A stretch of 64,000 nucleotides of DNA from Trichoplax adhaerens (lineage: Eukaryota; Animalia; Placozoa), in NCBI RefSeq assembly GCF_000150275.1, contig NW_002060954.1:1364001-1428000 (forward strand). Reading direction: 5' to 3'. The position numbers were made by a program, and so were the translations under genes. The notes beneath the pieces are model-generated. The model worked only from the letters and a program-made list of their open reading frames with translations. It did no database searches and was not told where the DNA came from. This document shows positions 33,767-48,058 of this stretch, piece by piece; positions within the stretch are counted from its first letter, which is position 1, and each line of letters begins with the position of its first letter.

Positions 33767-36700
33767 CGATCAGCGCTCAAGTCTCCATTCCCAGAACTGA
33801 TGTTGTCTTTCAATGGAATGAACCATGTCGAGTTGGCCGAGAAGTAACTTTCTCAGTCCTTGTAAGTTGATCACTTCTACATGAGTCCATTTTAGTGGTG
33901 ACTGTTTTCTCCTACATGGTCTATATAGACTAATAGAACGTTATGCTTGGCTTGATCTTGTACTACAATGACGATATTATTTTCATATAAGGGCATATTC
34001 AACTCTTGTGGCCATACCTTAACTACTATTGTATATCTAGGTCTAGTTCTACCATCATCATAAAATGCCCGATAGGTATAATCATGTCATCAGGGACTAC
34101 TAGGATTTTCTTCCAGTCCCTGATCTAACTTTCGACCTGTAGGATGACTAAAATTCCCCTCGTTATCCATCCTAATTCAGAATTGAATGTAACAGCTGGT
34201 CGATGAGAAGAAGGAGAATGGAACTAGATTGGAAAATATTTGTTGTCATTGAAAATGTGCATTTACAGTGAATGTATTACAAGATTAGATAATTTAAAAC
34301 AGACTGATTGCTTCAAGTTTGGTATACAGTCGAATACTTTAGCATCTTTTCCAAGTATAGCACTATAATATTCATCTATAAGAATTTTAATGACGTGGTA
34401 ATAATGTGTAGCTAATGCTCTTAGAAAGCAAGAATAGATCATACGTATGTATGACAGTGGTAAACAAATCCCACTGTCCAGTACGTTGTAATACTGCAAA
34501 TGGTGTTGAGAAAGATGTACTAATCATGGAGTTATTGATAAAAATGATACTGACTCAACGACTACTAAAAAAGTCCCTGATTGAATGTAGCATCAAATGG
34601 GAGACTGTAGGCATTCAAGAATTCTATCATAATTAATATAGATGAGTACAAAGGATATTCCATGGATTATGAAGTCATTATGTAATCCTTGGATATATAA
34701 GACACGATGAAAATTTCAATCTTAAATGCTATATCGGTTAAGACAGTAATTGAAAAAGTTATACGCGTACAAAACCAGTTAATTTATAGTACATCTCGAT
34801 AGTGAAGGGAATAAGAAATACAGACATGAAATTAATTTATTGTCATAACTATAAGTATTTCCTTGCAAAACAATACGAGTAGCCATTATGAACTGTCTTA
34901 TACTATATTGTACGAGTTAGCGTTAATAATCATTAGATCAAAAAACGATCAGTTTATCAACATTTTCATCGACCAACTTAAGTTTACTTTTAATTTCAAG
35001 CTAATCAAACTGAGTCTAATGCTATAGTAACAAGTACGGTATGGCCTAAGTGACAGAGAATCTTTGTATAGTATACAAGAAAATAAGATTGAATCGATTC
35101 ATTTGCATTTCAAGTTTACTCATTCAACATTAGGCCTAAATTTTAATCTACTTCCTGGTAATAGAACAATACTGCAGTATTCTTCCCTGATTGATATAAT
35201 TAAATAATGAATTTATATTATTGTGAATCAGAACACTTACCCTGTATTATGCGAAAAATTGTAACGAAATTTCATAATTCTACTGTTTAGTGTTTCGTAA
35301 TATAATAATACGATTGCTTTTCTCTCAGTAAGCACACAACAGATAATAATCACCTCCTTGTTTATTATATAATTAAGAATGAAAACTTCATCTTGTTGAT
35401 TGAATAGAGCCATCGCAATCAGTATGGTGAATTGATCGATAGTGATCAGATCCTGATCGAAATCCACGTTGGTGGTATAGCTGTGCCTTTCACGGTTGAG
35501 ATATTCGAAAATCCGAGAAATTTAGTTCATTTGGTGCGATTTGTTGCTCATCGTTCGGGTTCTTATACAGTTTCGATTATGCGTAGTGGTCAACACATTA
35601 GAGGAAGTCCATTTATTAAAATTTTCGATGCAGGTAAAATTAATATATCGATTTTAATTAATAATTAGGTTTAAAAGTTATGTTAATACCTGCGATAAGT
35701 TATACTTTATTGAGAAGGCTAAGAAGTTTTTGTTATTAATGTTACAGTTGAATTTCATTTGAAGATAGTTATGGATAATTGCGCTAATAGCCTACAGAGT
35801 ATTGTACTGTAGATTCATTTATCATACAGTAGAAGGGTATTTCTGTCTTAAAATTACGTAGAATCTACTCATCTTGTAACACTATGTAATCTCATGATTT
35901 TATTGTATAATATTTATACCAATACGATAAATAGGTTAAGTAATGCTTACATTTTATTGAAACTAACCGTAAATGGCACTACTTTACGCTCAGAGGATAG
36001 AAAGTAGCCCTTGGTTAATTTATTAATATAACTAGATAACATTACATTCTACCATTGGCCGGAAATTTTACTTCCTACATAAGCTTTTCACTATCATTCT
36101 TTGACCTGCTCATTGCTGAAACTCTACTATTAATTGATTTAATGAACATTATATGAATAAATAAGATGTAATTGTTAATCACCATGAATAGGCCCAGTTG
36201 ACCCTCTGAAGACTGCTTTTGCCAACTACACCTCAACAGTTGTGGTAACAAATAATATCTATCACTCATTGGACGTGATTGCTAAAGATAAATATGGAAA
36301 TGTTTGCTCACCGAAACAATTAGATAAATCTTTATTTAATTTACGCGTGAATAAGGTTGGTTATAATTCAGTTGTAAATCATGGCTGTTTTACTTGATTG
36401 ATAGCAAATCGATATGTGAACTCATACTTTCCATAGTATTTATCATTTACAGTACTGAAAAGGTGAATTTAAAAATTGAACAGTTTATGCAAGTCCGATT
36501 TCAATCTGCATCATGGCATGGTTAGACTACTTATTAATTAATTATAATTACTAATAAATCCATATTATAGTTGGATGCGAAGAAAACATCCCATAATGCT
36601 GAATTGGTAGTAGTTAGTGGCGATACGGCAGACGGTAATTCGACAATGTTACTTAAAATTTCCGAGCCTGGGTGCTTTCGTGCCATCGCCACATACAACA

Positions 36701-39700
36701 ACATTAAATTAAAAAACGGCGAAATAATTATAATCTCGCTAACAGGTAATTTTACCTTGATCTTAAATAATTGAATAATTGACTACGTAGTACTAAGTCT
36801 AACGTGCTAAAATTACAATGTCTTCCATTGTGCACCCTTACGTACGATTTTTTCTTGGACTGTGCAAATGACAGACCTGGTTTGCAGATAGAAAATATTA
36901 ATATTAATAAAATATTATTTTCAGAGTCGGAAGCATCGGAAGTTGATAGAATCATCAAAAGTAATGATACCAACTTATCTTATCAAATTAAATACTTTTC
37001 CAGTAACGTTTTCGATAAAGCGAGATCGGCATATAGCTATATATCACCGCGGGTAAATACTGTACAGTACGCTATTCCTTTTAATCTAATTTCGTTACAA
37101 TTTTAGTAATGACAGATAACAATTGTTTCAACTTAGCATATAAAATAGTATATAAATTGATTTAGCGATCTCATTTACCTTAGCAACTGACTATAAAGGA
37201 ATTCTATCTGAAGTTTATCCCAAGAACTATCTGTAACTTTCGCATTCGACCTCATACGAAGGTACAGTGTAATATATTTTTAAATATGCCCTCACAGATA
37301 CACAACACTTTCAGTTCTATTTTTACAGCAAATTATATGAAAATAAAAGGAATGTTTTTGCTCTTTGTTACAGTTTTCTTACAGTAGTTCCCATAGCTGT
37401 GATCCTCACATACTTACGATTAGTGATGGGCTACAACCTCCTGTTACTATATGGTGTGAAAAGCGAAATATTTTAGTAGCAATTTTTAATAGATATCTAC
37501 AAAGAAGCCTTGGTAAGGGATCATATCGGTTATTTTAACGGCATTATTATAATAAAAGTAAACACAAAATATTGGTAAAATCTTTAACTATTTTATACTT
37601 TCATTCGTAAAGGAGGATCGGAAAGCTTTCAGCACAAAAGATCATTTTTTTATCAAGAAGTTCGAAAAGTGCATGCTTCTCATCCTTCTCGCGCTTTTAC
37701 GAAGCTACGCATTACTAATCTTAATCGAAAGAAGATTTTAAAGAGCGTAAGTAAAGAAAAATGCATTACTTTATTTTACACACGATAAGGTTAATCTGTC
37801 TGGCATTATAATGCATCGGAGTGTATTGGAAAGGCTACGAATTATACATCTCTTGCGATGTATTGTTATCCTCAATAATACAGTTGCGATATATTGATGA
37901 AGTCTCCTTCTCATGATGATTCAGTTTATGAGCAAAACTGCAAGATTCGATGTTTCCGATTGGTGTCATAACTTTGAAGTTAGTTTTGAATTAGAAGAAG
38001 CTCTTGATTGGGGAGGTGTAAGACGAGAACTGTTCGAAATTCTAAATACGGAGCTATTTACACCTTCTGAGAATGGCTTATTTACAACATTCGATATTGA
38101 AAATAAACAAGCATTGGTAAGTAATATAGCTTGTTGTAATACTACATGCAAGCAGGCTACTTCAAGGTGTTAATCAGCGCGAATATACATGCATTTACTT
38201 CATCGACTTTAAGATTCATCCGAATACAAAAAGAGCGGATTCTTACCCACTGTCCTTCTACGAGCTGTGCGGAAAAATTGTGGGTAAATGCTTATATGAT
38301 TCAGCTCAGGGTGAAGCTTATCACTTGTTGGTTAAAGCAAGATTCAGTAGATCTTTTTTAGCGCAGATGCTAGGATTGAGAGTTAGCTACGATGTAAGTA
38401 ATACTCTACTAAGATTTAATAAATAAAATTTTGAACGTATGCTCTGTATAGATAGTAATCAAAATAAATATTTATAACGTTGATAACTTTTTAATTGAAG
38501 CTTTTATAATAATTTGAATGACTAGTACTTCTCGAGTGATGATCCGGAACTATATAAAACGAAAATAAAATATATCTTAGATAATGATGTAACGGAATTA
38601 AACCTGACATTTGCAGAAGAAGAATATAGTAGTTCTGGTAATGTTGTTAAGGTAAATGAATTGTTGAAATTGCACTATGTATCAATTTTTTCTGACTGGA
38701 AAAGTCTTTGTAATTAGTACTCTAATTACAACTTGTTACTACGTAGGTAGTAGATTTAAAATCCAATGGGCGATTTATTACGGTTACTGAAGAAAATAAA
38801 ATCGAATACCTAAATCTCTTATCGCAACACAGACTTGCAAAAAAATTTACTAGCGAGATGGATCACTTTTTGAAAGGTGGACAATAGTTGTGAATTACTT
38901 TAAAAATTGCATGTACGGTAACCTTGACAAAGGTATGTTGTTATATACTATATTAGGCGTTCACCTGTTGATCCCAGAAAATTTACTGGCAATATTTGAT
39001 GAAAGCGAGCTAGAGGTGATTACAGAGATTGCTCTTAATATAGTATAGCTTTATCATTTGTAAAGTGAATAAAACTAGACATCCAAAAATTAATTAAATT
39101 CTACGTTGCTGATATGTGATATAGTTACTATCCTATTAAATGTAGACTATCGCGTTAATTATAAATTAACATTACTTTATTCTTTCATAGCTTCTGATGT
39201 GCGGAATAGGGAATATAAGTATTAGCGATATGAAATTAAACTGCATCGCTACCGATTCTTCACGTTCTTTTGGGAAGGTAAATTTTGCGTAATGGAGCTA
39301 TTAGATCTGCACGAGATAATCGTACGCTGATATGACTCTAATTTTTTTCTCCTTTCATATTAGATTCTCAGATGGTTTTGGGCTATTGTAGGTACATTCT
39401 CGCAAGAAGAGCTAGCTCGATTACTGCAATTTGTTACTGGCTCATCGCAACTTCCGCCTGGAGGATTTAAGGAACTTAGACCGAGTCTTCAAATATCCCC
39501 TGCTCTTGTTCAAAACGGCTTACCGACATCTCATACTTGGTATTGTAAATTTATATCTTGTCATTATTATTTTATATCACTTTAATAATATAATATAGTT
39601 CTAAATTATTCCTACCTCTTTTATGCTATAGTTTTAATCAGTTATGCCTACCGGAGTACGACTCATCTGCAGAGCTTAAGAGATGCCTCATCTTGGCTAT

Positions 39701-39734
39701 AAATGAGGGATCGGAAGGCTTCGGACTTGTATAG
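33767..39734 (+). CDS. AREL1: Apoptosis-resistant E3 ubiquitin ligase 1-like (filamin repeat + HECT); 5' exons uncertain
   Basis: VFQWNEPCRVGREVTFSVL; filamin VRFVAHRSGSYTVSIMRSGQHIRGSPFIKIFDAG|PVDPLKT...KDKYGN; YISPR|QLTIKEFYLKFIP; GGSESFQHKRSFFYQEVR; SDWCHNFEVSFELEEALDWGGVRRELFE; LVKARFSRSFLAQMLGLRV; IPENLLAIFDESELE|LLMCG; LARLLQFVTGSSQLPPGGF; LPTSHTC|FNQLCLP (catalytic Cys codon split by an intron); EGSEGFGLV* (TAG 39732-39734). Confidence 0.95.
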
Positions 39735-40696
39735 AATAAAAATCGAATTAGTACTATCTTTCGAAATACAGCACTGTATACAAACAATTGAACAAAATAT
39801 TGAGCTAATTTGCTTTATATAATATTTTACAACTTCAAGCAGTTGTACATTAGTTGAAACATATTTTTGCCAGACAAAACTTTTACTTGCACTTTTTCGA
39901 TCATTAAAAATGCACAAACTATTAAAGTTGTGCTCTGATTAACTTTAGATGTACTTATATTGTATTATTGGAACGTTTTTGTATTAGCATTTGACAGGTT
40001 AAGGTTGCAATGGTGAAACCAATGTTCGATTTTATGAAAATGAGTATTAATAATTTGTAAAATTATTTATATTTATTGAATTTTTCATACGCACCTAAAG
40101 CATGTACTTGGATCTGGCTTTAATAATTTTATTTGCGTTCTAACTTTTACTACGAATTTATAATATTATAATCTACAGTTTAACTTGCTTGCTCATTTTG
40201 ATGTGATGAATGATTGATTAGTTTGATATTAGTTGGAATATATTAGACAGATACAATAAAATAATTGACTTTTCTGAAAACTTTTATTCGTCGATAATGA
40301 ATTCAATTTCTTACAAGCTGTCTAAGTCTTCTTGGTTAAATATTTACACTGCTGCTAAGACACTAAGCAGATTTTTTCATGTTTAATAAGTAATCAGTGC
40401 ACAATACTCTTAGGTGATTAGTTTCAATTATATTTTTATTCCTGGATTTTCGAATCCACGAACGCTTTTGATCTAATTTTACTTGTAATTATAGTAAGTG
40501 CAGTGAATGTATATTTAATAGTGCGAATAGACTGCTTGTACTACTATTCTTTTTACAGAATATGCTCTTAATTTTTATATACTGAAAAATATCTTACATA
40601 TTTACAAGAAATGCGCAGTTGTTGGCATCTGCATTGTACGTTATGAAATATATAATCAATCCTAAAGTAGTAAAGCCACGGATAAGTCAATACAGA

Positions 40697-43370
40697 CTAA
40701 TTTTCTTTGAGCACGAGACAATTATCTAAGTGCTCATTAATTATTGAATGCCGAATATCTGTTCGGTGACAAATCGGACACTTAACATAACGAAGTTCAT
40801 CCGCCACTGAATCCATTGAGAGTGGTTTACGTTCTTGCGAACTTTCTCCATCTCTGATTTTTGATTTTTCCCTTATAAATAATATTTCATCATCACTGTC
40901 TGTAAAATTGCCTTGATAACGACTGTTATCTTTCTGTGCTGTAGGTTCGCTTTCTGGGTTGGATTCGAGAGACGTATCTAAGAGACTTATAATTTGCAGC
41001 TTACTCGAGCTATTAATATTATGGATTGTATCTGCTGAATCGCACACATTTACAGGATTTTCTTTAATTTTACTAAGTTGTCTTGGATTAGAGATTTGAG
41101 ACTTTTCATAAACAGCAAATTTATTGATGCAATCATTAGTTACTCCTTCACTTATTTGATGAGTTCGGTGAGTAGTAGCAGCAGAGTGTTGACTTAAGGC
41201 TGGAAATCGGTAATTGGCGGTACTAGATTTATCATCGTTTGATCCTAATACATAACCTTTTCCAGAGAATGGAATAGTTGCATATGAAATACTGCTGTTT
41301 TGATTATCGTTATCGACTGACTTTTCGCTATTGATGCTACGTGAACCATCGCTAATACTGGTACCTTGAGCACGATCGATGTTATCATTCACTTTTTTAG
41401 CATGATGGAAATCAGTTATTTTGGTTTGATTATCATTGTCCTTATCCAATTTTTTTCTTTTTTTGCCTTTTTCTCCGTAGCCTTCAGGCTCCTTGACTTT
41501 TATAAATGTACCACCGCAGCTTTGTTGATGATCGCTCCACCAAGGGTCGTTCTTGGATGGAGCTCTATTCATAGCTCTTTTTACGTAACCAAAAAATGGC
41601 GAACGATCCTTACAAGGCCCATTACATCGCCACCAGTGTTGTCTGTAGACATTAACCTAATCATAAATAAGATATTACTCTGATCTACTGTATTTTCCAA
41701 TTAAAGGTATGCAGCCATCGTATGAAATAAAGTTAATAAATATCTTTGCCTGCGTAAACAGATTGTCAATGCATACTGATACAGATCATTATTAAATTAG
41801 GGTACAAAGAATTAACTAGTGAACTATCCTGCATTACATCGTAGGCAATATTTGTCTACAATTGCAATACAAAAGGCGCTTACATCCTATAGCATTGCTA
41901 TTTTTGACATACAGTACAGTATACAGAAGCTGACTTAAATCAACCGAATTTTACCTCATCGTGAAAGTTGTGATAAACCTAAGCAGGGCAATGCAAATTA
42001 AATTGCAGAAAAAGAAAAATTACAATTATAAATTAGATCAGGCAAGAAAAGAATCTGTTACAGTGACAGGTTACTCCGTAAAGTATGTCAATCCGTAAGT
42101 TCAATTATGCAAATTCAACAACACGAACTGTTATATTAGCTCCAGTAGCACTATTGATCCTATGCATGTGTTCCAAGAAGCATGGTCCATGAGCATCGTG
42201 ATCCTAATAGAATAAATTATGATAGAGAAATACGAGTACGTTATTCTATCCTAGCTTAAATGATACCGACAATATACGTATGCGTATGCTCGCAAATGGC
42301 AAGATAAAAGTTATGCATATTACCCTATTATCATGTATCACGAAGAGGTAAGCATGGATCATTTCATGCTAAAATTTTGAAAAAATAACATAAGAGGTTA
42401 TGGAATCATGTATTATTTAGCACTAATAAAATCGCTGGATCATTTATTAGTTCTATATGATGTCTTGCTACAGCACATTACAGCTGACGTTTATAGTCGA
42501 CAGCATTGAAAAAATTGTAAGACTCCCCAAAATTGATATTGCCCATAAGATCAAGTGCTGTAACTTGTAGAATACTTGTATATCCTTTACTGATGATAGT
42601 ATAGAGTATAATGTAGTTCTAATTACTTGCAAATGTTCTAAGCGTAACCATTTCATGCTTCAATGCAGTGACAAATTGATAGTATTACGCGTCCAACATA
42701 AGTAAATTACCGGTTATTAACGTTGTATTATCATCATGGCTGCAAAGAAAATCATTGGTAAAGTTCCATACTTACAGTATGCGATCTTTACTTACCAAGA
42801 GCGTTTGTACAAGATCTCGTCTTGGTCGAAATTTCAGTAATGGTTGGCTTAAACGGATTGAGCAATAGCCAGCTTTTTTCTGATAGATACATAGTCCGGC
42901 ACACCTTGATAAATCATCGAAGAAAATTACTATAAACCTCATTGATTATCATTAAAAGTCAACTAGTGCTTGTGTCATGTCAACATCTGCATAGCGACCA
43001 AGGACAATATACGCATACTGTATCAAATGTTTGACACCTTTCTATTTCAATCACGCTACAATTTATTATTGAATACTGAAATAAGTTAGGATAAGAACTT
43101 GTAAAATAACGATAATATACAGAGAATTACTTACAAAGTCATCTTTGGGCTCCATCGGACTTCGACACTTAATAGCTTACCCCAAAAATATGACTGATTA
43201 TACTGGAGAAATAGCGCTCGAATATCCGGATTGGGATCGTTAATCTCCCAATAATCATCGACTATTGAAACAGTTGGATCTTTACTATTCTTACTTTCTG
43301 GTGAATCTTGCTTGCTAAGGGCTACAGCTAGAGCAAAATCATTATCTTCACACCAATCAGTTTGATCCAT
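40697..43370 (-). CDS. SPRTN: Spartan DNA-protein crosslink metalloprotease
   Basis: SIVDDYWEINDPNPDIRALFLQYNQSYFWGKLLSVEVRWSPKMTL|CAGLC...CSIRLSQPLLKFRPRRDLVQTLL|HEMIHAYLFV (HExxH)|DHDAHGPCF|VYHNFHDE|...HWWRCNGPC...GYVKRAMNRAPSKNDPWWSDHQQSCGGTFIKVKEP; SHP box PFSGKGYVLG; C-terminal UBZ4 CPIC...INEHLDNCL. Confidence 0.97.
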
Positions 43371-43830
43371 GCTGTCGCCATAAGAGCTGATGATCCAGAA
43401 GTCGGGAACCAGTATAGACTTGTTACTCGATGGCGAACAACAACGGTAGTACAGTACTTTCTAGAGGCTTTCTAGAGCACGATTACCATACGCAAAGTAT
43501 AGTTAGTATGCAGTATTGTCCAGTTTATTGACAAATCATTATGTACACAGTAGTATAGTAATTCAAGAATGGCCAACCTGCTTACCATACACTATAGTAA
43601 TAATTAATTAATTAATTAATATGATGAATTTTATGTTTTGCGACGTTTAAATCAATGCTTTCGCTCATGCTATACTGTACTACTATGTCATTAACCAGGA
43701 TATCTGCTGATAGAAATTAACTTGTGGACGAATAACGCAAATCTACAGTAGATGCCCCCCCCCGTTCTGTACTGTAAATAGAAAGGATAGCAAGCTTTGA
43801 CCCCGATGCAGTAACAGCAACCTTGCAATC
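43371..43830. promoter_or_regulatory. Putative 460-bp bidirectional promoter (SPRTN / hydroxyacid oxidase)
   Basis: Head-to-head ATGs at 43370 (-) and 43831 (+). Contains TACAG/CTGTA motifs, a (TAAT)n palindrome at ~43598-43620 and a C9 tract at 43755-43763. Confidence 0.7.
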
Positions 43831-46564
43831 ATGGCCTTACCCGAAGTTATTTGCGTGCGTGATGTGGAAAAATATGCAATAGCCCACCTAAATAAAAATG
43901 CATTGGGTTACTATGATTCCGGAGCAGATGATGAGGAAACCTTAAATGATAACATCAATGCCTGTAAGAAGTTAGTACCGGTATTAGATGATGCGTTGAT
44001 TGGCGCACGAAGATACAGTAGTTGATTGGATTTTTAGTGGTTGATCAGTGAGTGATTCATGACTAAATTGCAGCATTTAGCAGTTCATGAGTATGGCAGA
44101 TCTTAACCATTGCTGCATGGCAATCGGGTATTTTTCTCCCATGCTAATCTTTCGTACTAGATAGTAAATACTGTAATAGTGTAGCTAGATATCATACAAT
44201 TTTGCTAGCTACGAGATAGCCTAGACCTGCAAATAACTGTTATCATCATTTTGACTTTTTTGCCTTCATGATTAAGACTACGGTTGAGACCGCGTATGCT
44301 GGTTGATGTAACTAAAGTCGACTGCAGTACGACAATCCTTGGTCAGAAAATTTCTTTTCCTGTAGGAATAGCACCTTCTGCGATGCAACGAATGGCTCAT
44401 CCTGATGGAGAAATTGCTACTGTCAAAGGTAAGATTGTATTTAGACCTGATTTACATTTATAATGAATCATTAGTGTAATTCATAATCGCATTATCAGCA
44501 ACGTGGCCGGTATACAGTAAATGCTAGTAATGATAATGTTATAATGTTATATTGTATATAGTAATAGTCATCGCTTGGGCGCCTTCATTGAGGTATTTAA
44601 TTGATGAGTCCCATTTTACTTTGCTTACTTTTTAGTATCACCATGTTACGTTCTGTCCGTGCAAAATCATCTTGCTAGTATTGATAATAATAATAAGCAT
44701 CGTTTTGGGCATTTACTTTGGTGTTTAATTGATGAGTCCCCATTTTAGTTTGCGTACCTTTCTTTTAGTAGTCCCTAGTATACAGTATACGCTAGTCTAA
44801 TTTGCACACTAGTATTTAAAATCAATCAAGATCAGACACTTTGTGAATGGCAAGTTAACATAATACTTAAAAAGTTGCTAATCTATGTATTATGAACTCC
44901 ATATAACTATACAAAACAGCTGCTGATTCTTTGAAGACTTGTATGACTCTAAGTACACTAAGTACAACTAGTATGGAAAGCGTTGCAGAAGCTTCACCAA
45001 ATACCTTGCGATGGTTTCAGTTATATGTGGTAAAGGACCGCGAGATAACGCGGCAATTTGTTAAAAGGGCTGAAATGTCTGGGTATAAAGCGTTAGTATT
45101 AACGGTTGATGCACCAGTTTTAGGAAACAGAAGGATAGATGTTAGGAATAGGTCAGTTAAATATCTAGCAGTGTAGATATTAGATACGTATATCAAATTT
45201 TTCTTATCTTTACATCATTGATACAGTACTAGTAAACACACAAATTAAGCCAATTGACATTTCTAGATTTCACCTACCTCCGCATCTCTCGCTTGGTAAT
45301 TTTGAGAAAGTAACCTTGCATATAGAAAAAAACAAGAAAAGCGACTCTGAATTATCGCGATATTTTGTATCGGAAATGGATGCATCATTAACATGGAAAG
45401 ATATCACTTGGCTAAAGTCAATTACCTCGCTTCCAGTTATCGTAAAAGGTATTTTAACTGCTGAAGATGCTGAAATGGCAGTCAGGGTTGGCGTCGAAGG
45501 TATTTGGGTATCAAATCATGGAGGAAGACAATTGGATGGAGTGCCAACTGCTGTAAGTATTGTGATATCATAGATATTATACTATAGATATATTTTACTT
45601 TTCAGTTATCATTACCATGATTATTTTGTAATGTAGTTATCTCTAATGCAGATATTCTAAAATTTTTAAATACGCTAGATTGAAGCCTTGCCAGAAATTG
45701 TCAAAGCGGTAAATAATAGAGCAGAAATCTATGCAGATGGAGGTTTTCGTACTGGTACGGATGTATTTAAAGCCATCGCACTTGGAGCCCGAGCTGTATT
45801 TGTTGGCAGGCCGATACTATGGGGACTCGTTTATAATGTATGCTTAACTTTAGTGCGAAGCTAATTTTACTTTATTGCATGCAAGAATACACATTTTGTG
45901 CATCGTAGAATGTGCAATGTAATTTTCAGGATGAGCTTTGAAGTCATTTTCTTTGATTGCTTTTTGTCTTTAATATATTTATATTCTATACAGGGACAGA
46001 AAGGTGTTGAGAAAGTTTTGCAGCTATTGCAACAAGAATTTCATCGAACGATGCAGTTATCTGGTAAGCCTATTTGCCTCAGTATACGTACTGTCACTTA
46101 TTAATCTTATTAGTATGTAATATGGATTATCAAAGGATAACAATGATAGACATAGGCATAAATTAATTTATTACCTGTGTACTATTCTTATTACTCATAC
46201 CATTTCCTTTTTGAAATGACTCTTGTAATTTATCGGCTAATTTGATGTTAGCTTAGGTGTAAAATTGATCTTTCGCTATTAGCTACTGCGTTTAGTCTAA
46301 AATTTGGCAAGACGATATGAATCTTGATCTAGTTGTTAGTGGTTGATCAAATGGTATCACTAATTAGTGAATTATCCGTTACGGAGTTGTAGACCCACAT
46401 TATTTAATATTGTACTATCTTCGTTCGCAATTTACGCTGTAAGCATGTGATATCGGTATATAAAAAATTAATATAATTTTATGTTATTACTTGCAGGTTG
46501 TGTTTCAATCAAGGATATTAAATCGTCATTGATAACCTATGCTTCAAGCTATAGTAAACTATGA
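43831..46564 (+). CDS. HAO1: FMN-dependent (S)-2-hydroxy-acid oxidase (HAO1/HAO2 family), peroxisomal
   Basis: [13 protein letters not shown]; K|[11 protein letters not shown]; [18 protein letters not shown]; RWFQLYV; [17 protein letters not shown]; [23 protein letters not shown]; [11 protein letters not shown]; [26 protein letters not shown]; ends YSKL* (PTS1; TGA 46562-46564). Orthology to HAO1 versus HAO2 is not resolvable by eye. Confidence 0.95.
44521..44770. repeat. Diverged tandem duplication (about 130-150 bp period) in HAO intron 2
   Basis: ggt(a/g)tttaattgatgagtccc(c)atttta at ~44592 and ~44720; tgctagta(a/t)tgataat at ~44522 and ~44673. Confidence 0.7.
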
Positions 46565-48058
46565 TGGCAACTGTTACAATTATAATTACTCATTTGAACA
46601 GTTATACCGTCAACAGATTTCTTAGTTATAGGTATGGAATAACTGTCTAGAATGTTTTGTTGAATTTTATGCCATTAGAGATTGATGATTAATTCAGTTA
46701 TCTCTATAAAGCAATCAAGTATTGTATAATCTGCACCTAATGCCTATATTATAATTATCGTAATTTTATGACCAGTTATGTTGATAAAAATTTAAAAATT
46801 TAAAGTTAGATGAATTTAGTATAAAAAGGATTGTCATCCAATATCTCGAATTCAATCAAGTTGTAAAATGTGCGAGGATTATTAGCAGGGTACAAGATTG
46901 TGTAAATAGCAATGCTGTTCTCCAATGAATCAAATCAACTTTTGCTAGAAGAATAGACAATTTAGATAGCATGCAGGGATTTCAATTTTTATATATAGAA
47001 TCAAGGCAAAAAGTGAATATTCTACGAATGTTCAGAACAGTAGTAGAATTGCAAGCATAATGCACGTTGTGTTGCTGATAGTAGCGATCTATGATTAGAG
47101 TGATGATTTAGCAATAGATTCGATAAATTACAGGTGAAAGACTCTGAAACGATAAGGTAATGTCATATTTTATCCACATTTGTATAAAGAATTCTTTTGA
47201 TCGTCAATACATATAAAATACGTCATGTGATAATCTATACGATATCTCGCCCACAACCACGCTTATTCTGCCAAACTTGATCAAATAAAATATGCCTAGC
47301 AGTAATATTTTCATATAATATATATATTATATAACTTAATTTAAGGATTGATCAATATAGATTCATTAAGCAACATAATTGAAGGAGATGAATGATTCGT
47401 TCACAGAAATAGTGGTGTATCTACTGCATTATTTAAAAAAAATATCTCGTTTCTTGAGTATTTGTATAATACAGAGCATATCAGAATTACTATATTTTTA
47501 TTACTACGCCTACATCAGAAGATGAATAACTATTTCTACCATCAAAATTCGAAAAGTTCCCCCAAGCGTTTATGCAATCTTGACGTAATATCTTACATCA
47601 GCAGTATTACGAGTCATCCTTTATTTACTGTTTGTATGTGAATAAGGGAATATCTCGACGACAACAGCACTGCAAGCTCCGGAAACATAATCATTTGAGC
47701 TAGTTGATCAATGGGTTGTTCTCTGTTCCTTTTTATGGATATCCTCTACGTATCTTGGCAACACTCATATACAACGGCTATCGTTGTATCTATTGAAAGT
47801 AATAATTTCACTGATGACCAGTATTTGTAGCTGATATACAGACTGAATACTGTTGGATCTACTGTTGAATAGAGTATGGCGATAGAGGTAAACATCATTC
47901 CTATCGCATTACTTGATGGGAGAGTTTGCCTAAAGACCGATATTAGCTCTACCAATGAAAATTCTTCAATACAGAAGGTAAAAACGCAAAAGAATTTCAT
48001 TTTTCGCTATCCATATCGCTTCCACTCTACATGCCTATCTTGCAACAGGCCCTATCGG

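Noticed and set aside
34440-34530. LDL-receptor class A-like fragment (DSGKQIP...RCN) in an AREL1 intron
   Set aside because: Needs multiple frameshifts and lacks the DxSDE motif; too weak.
41366-41683. 105-aa hydrophobic + strand ORF
   Set aside because: Antisense shadow of the Lys/Asp-rich SPRTN exon.
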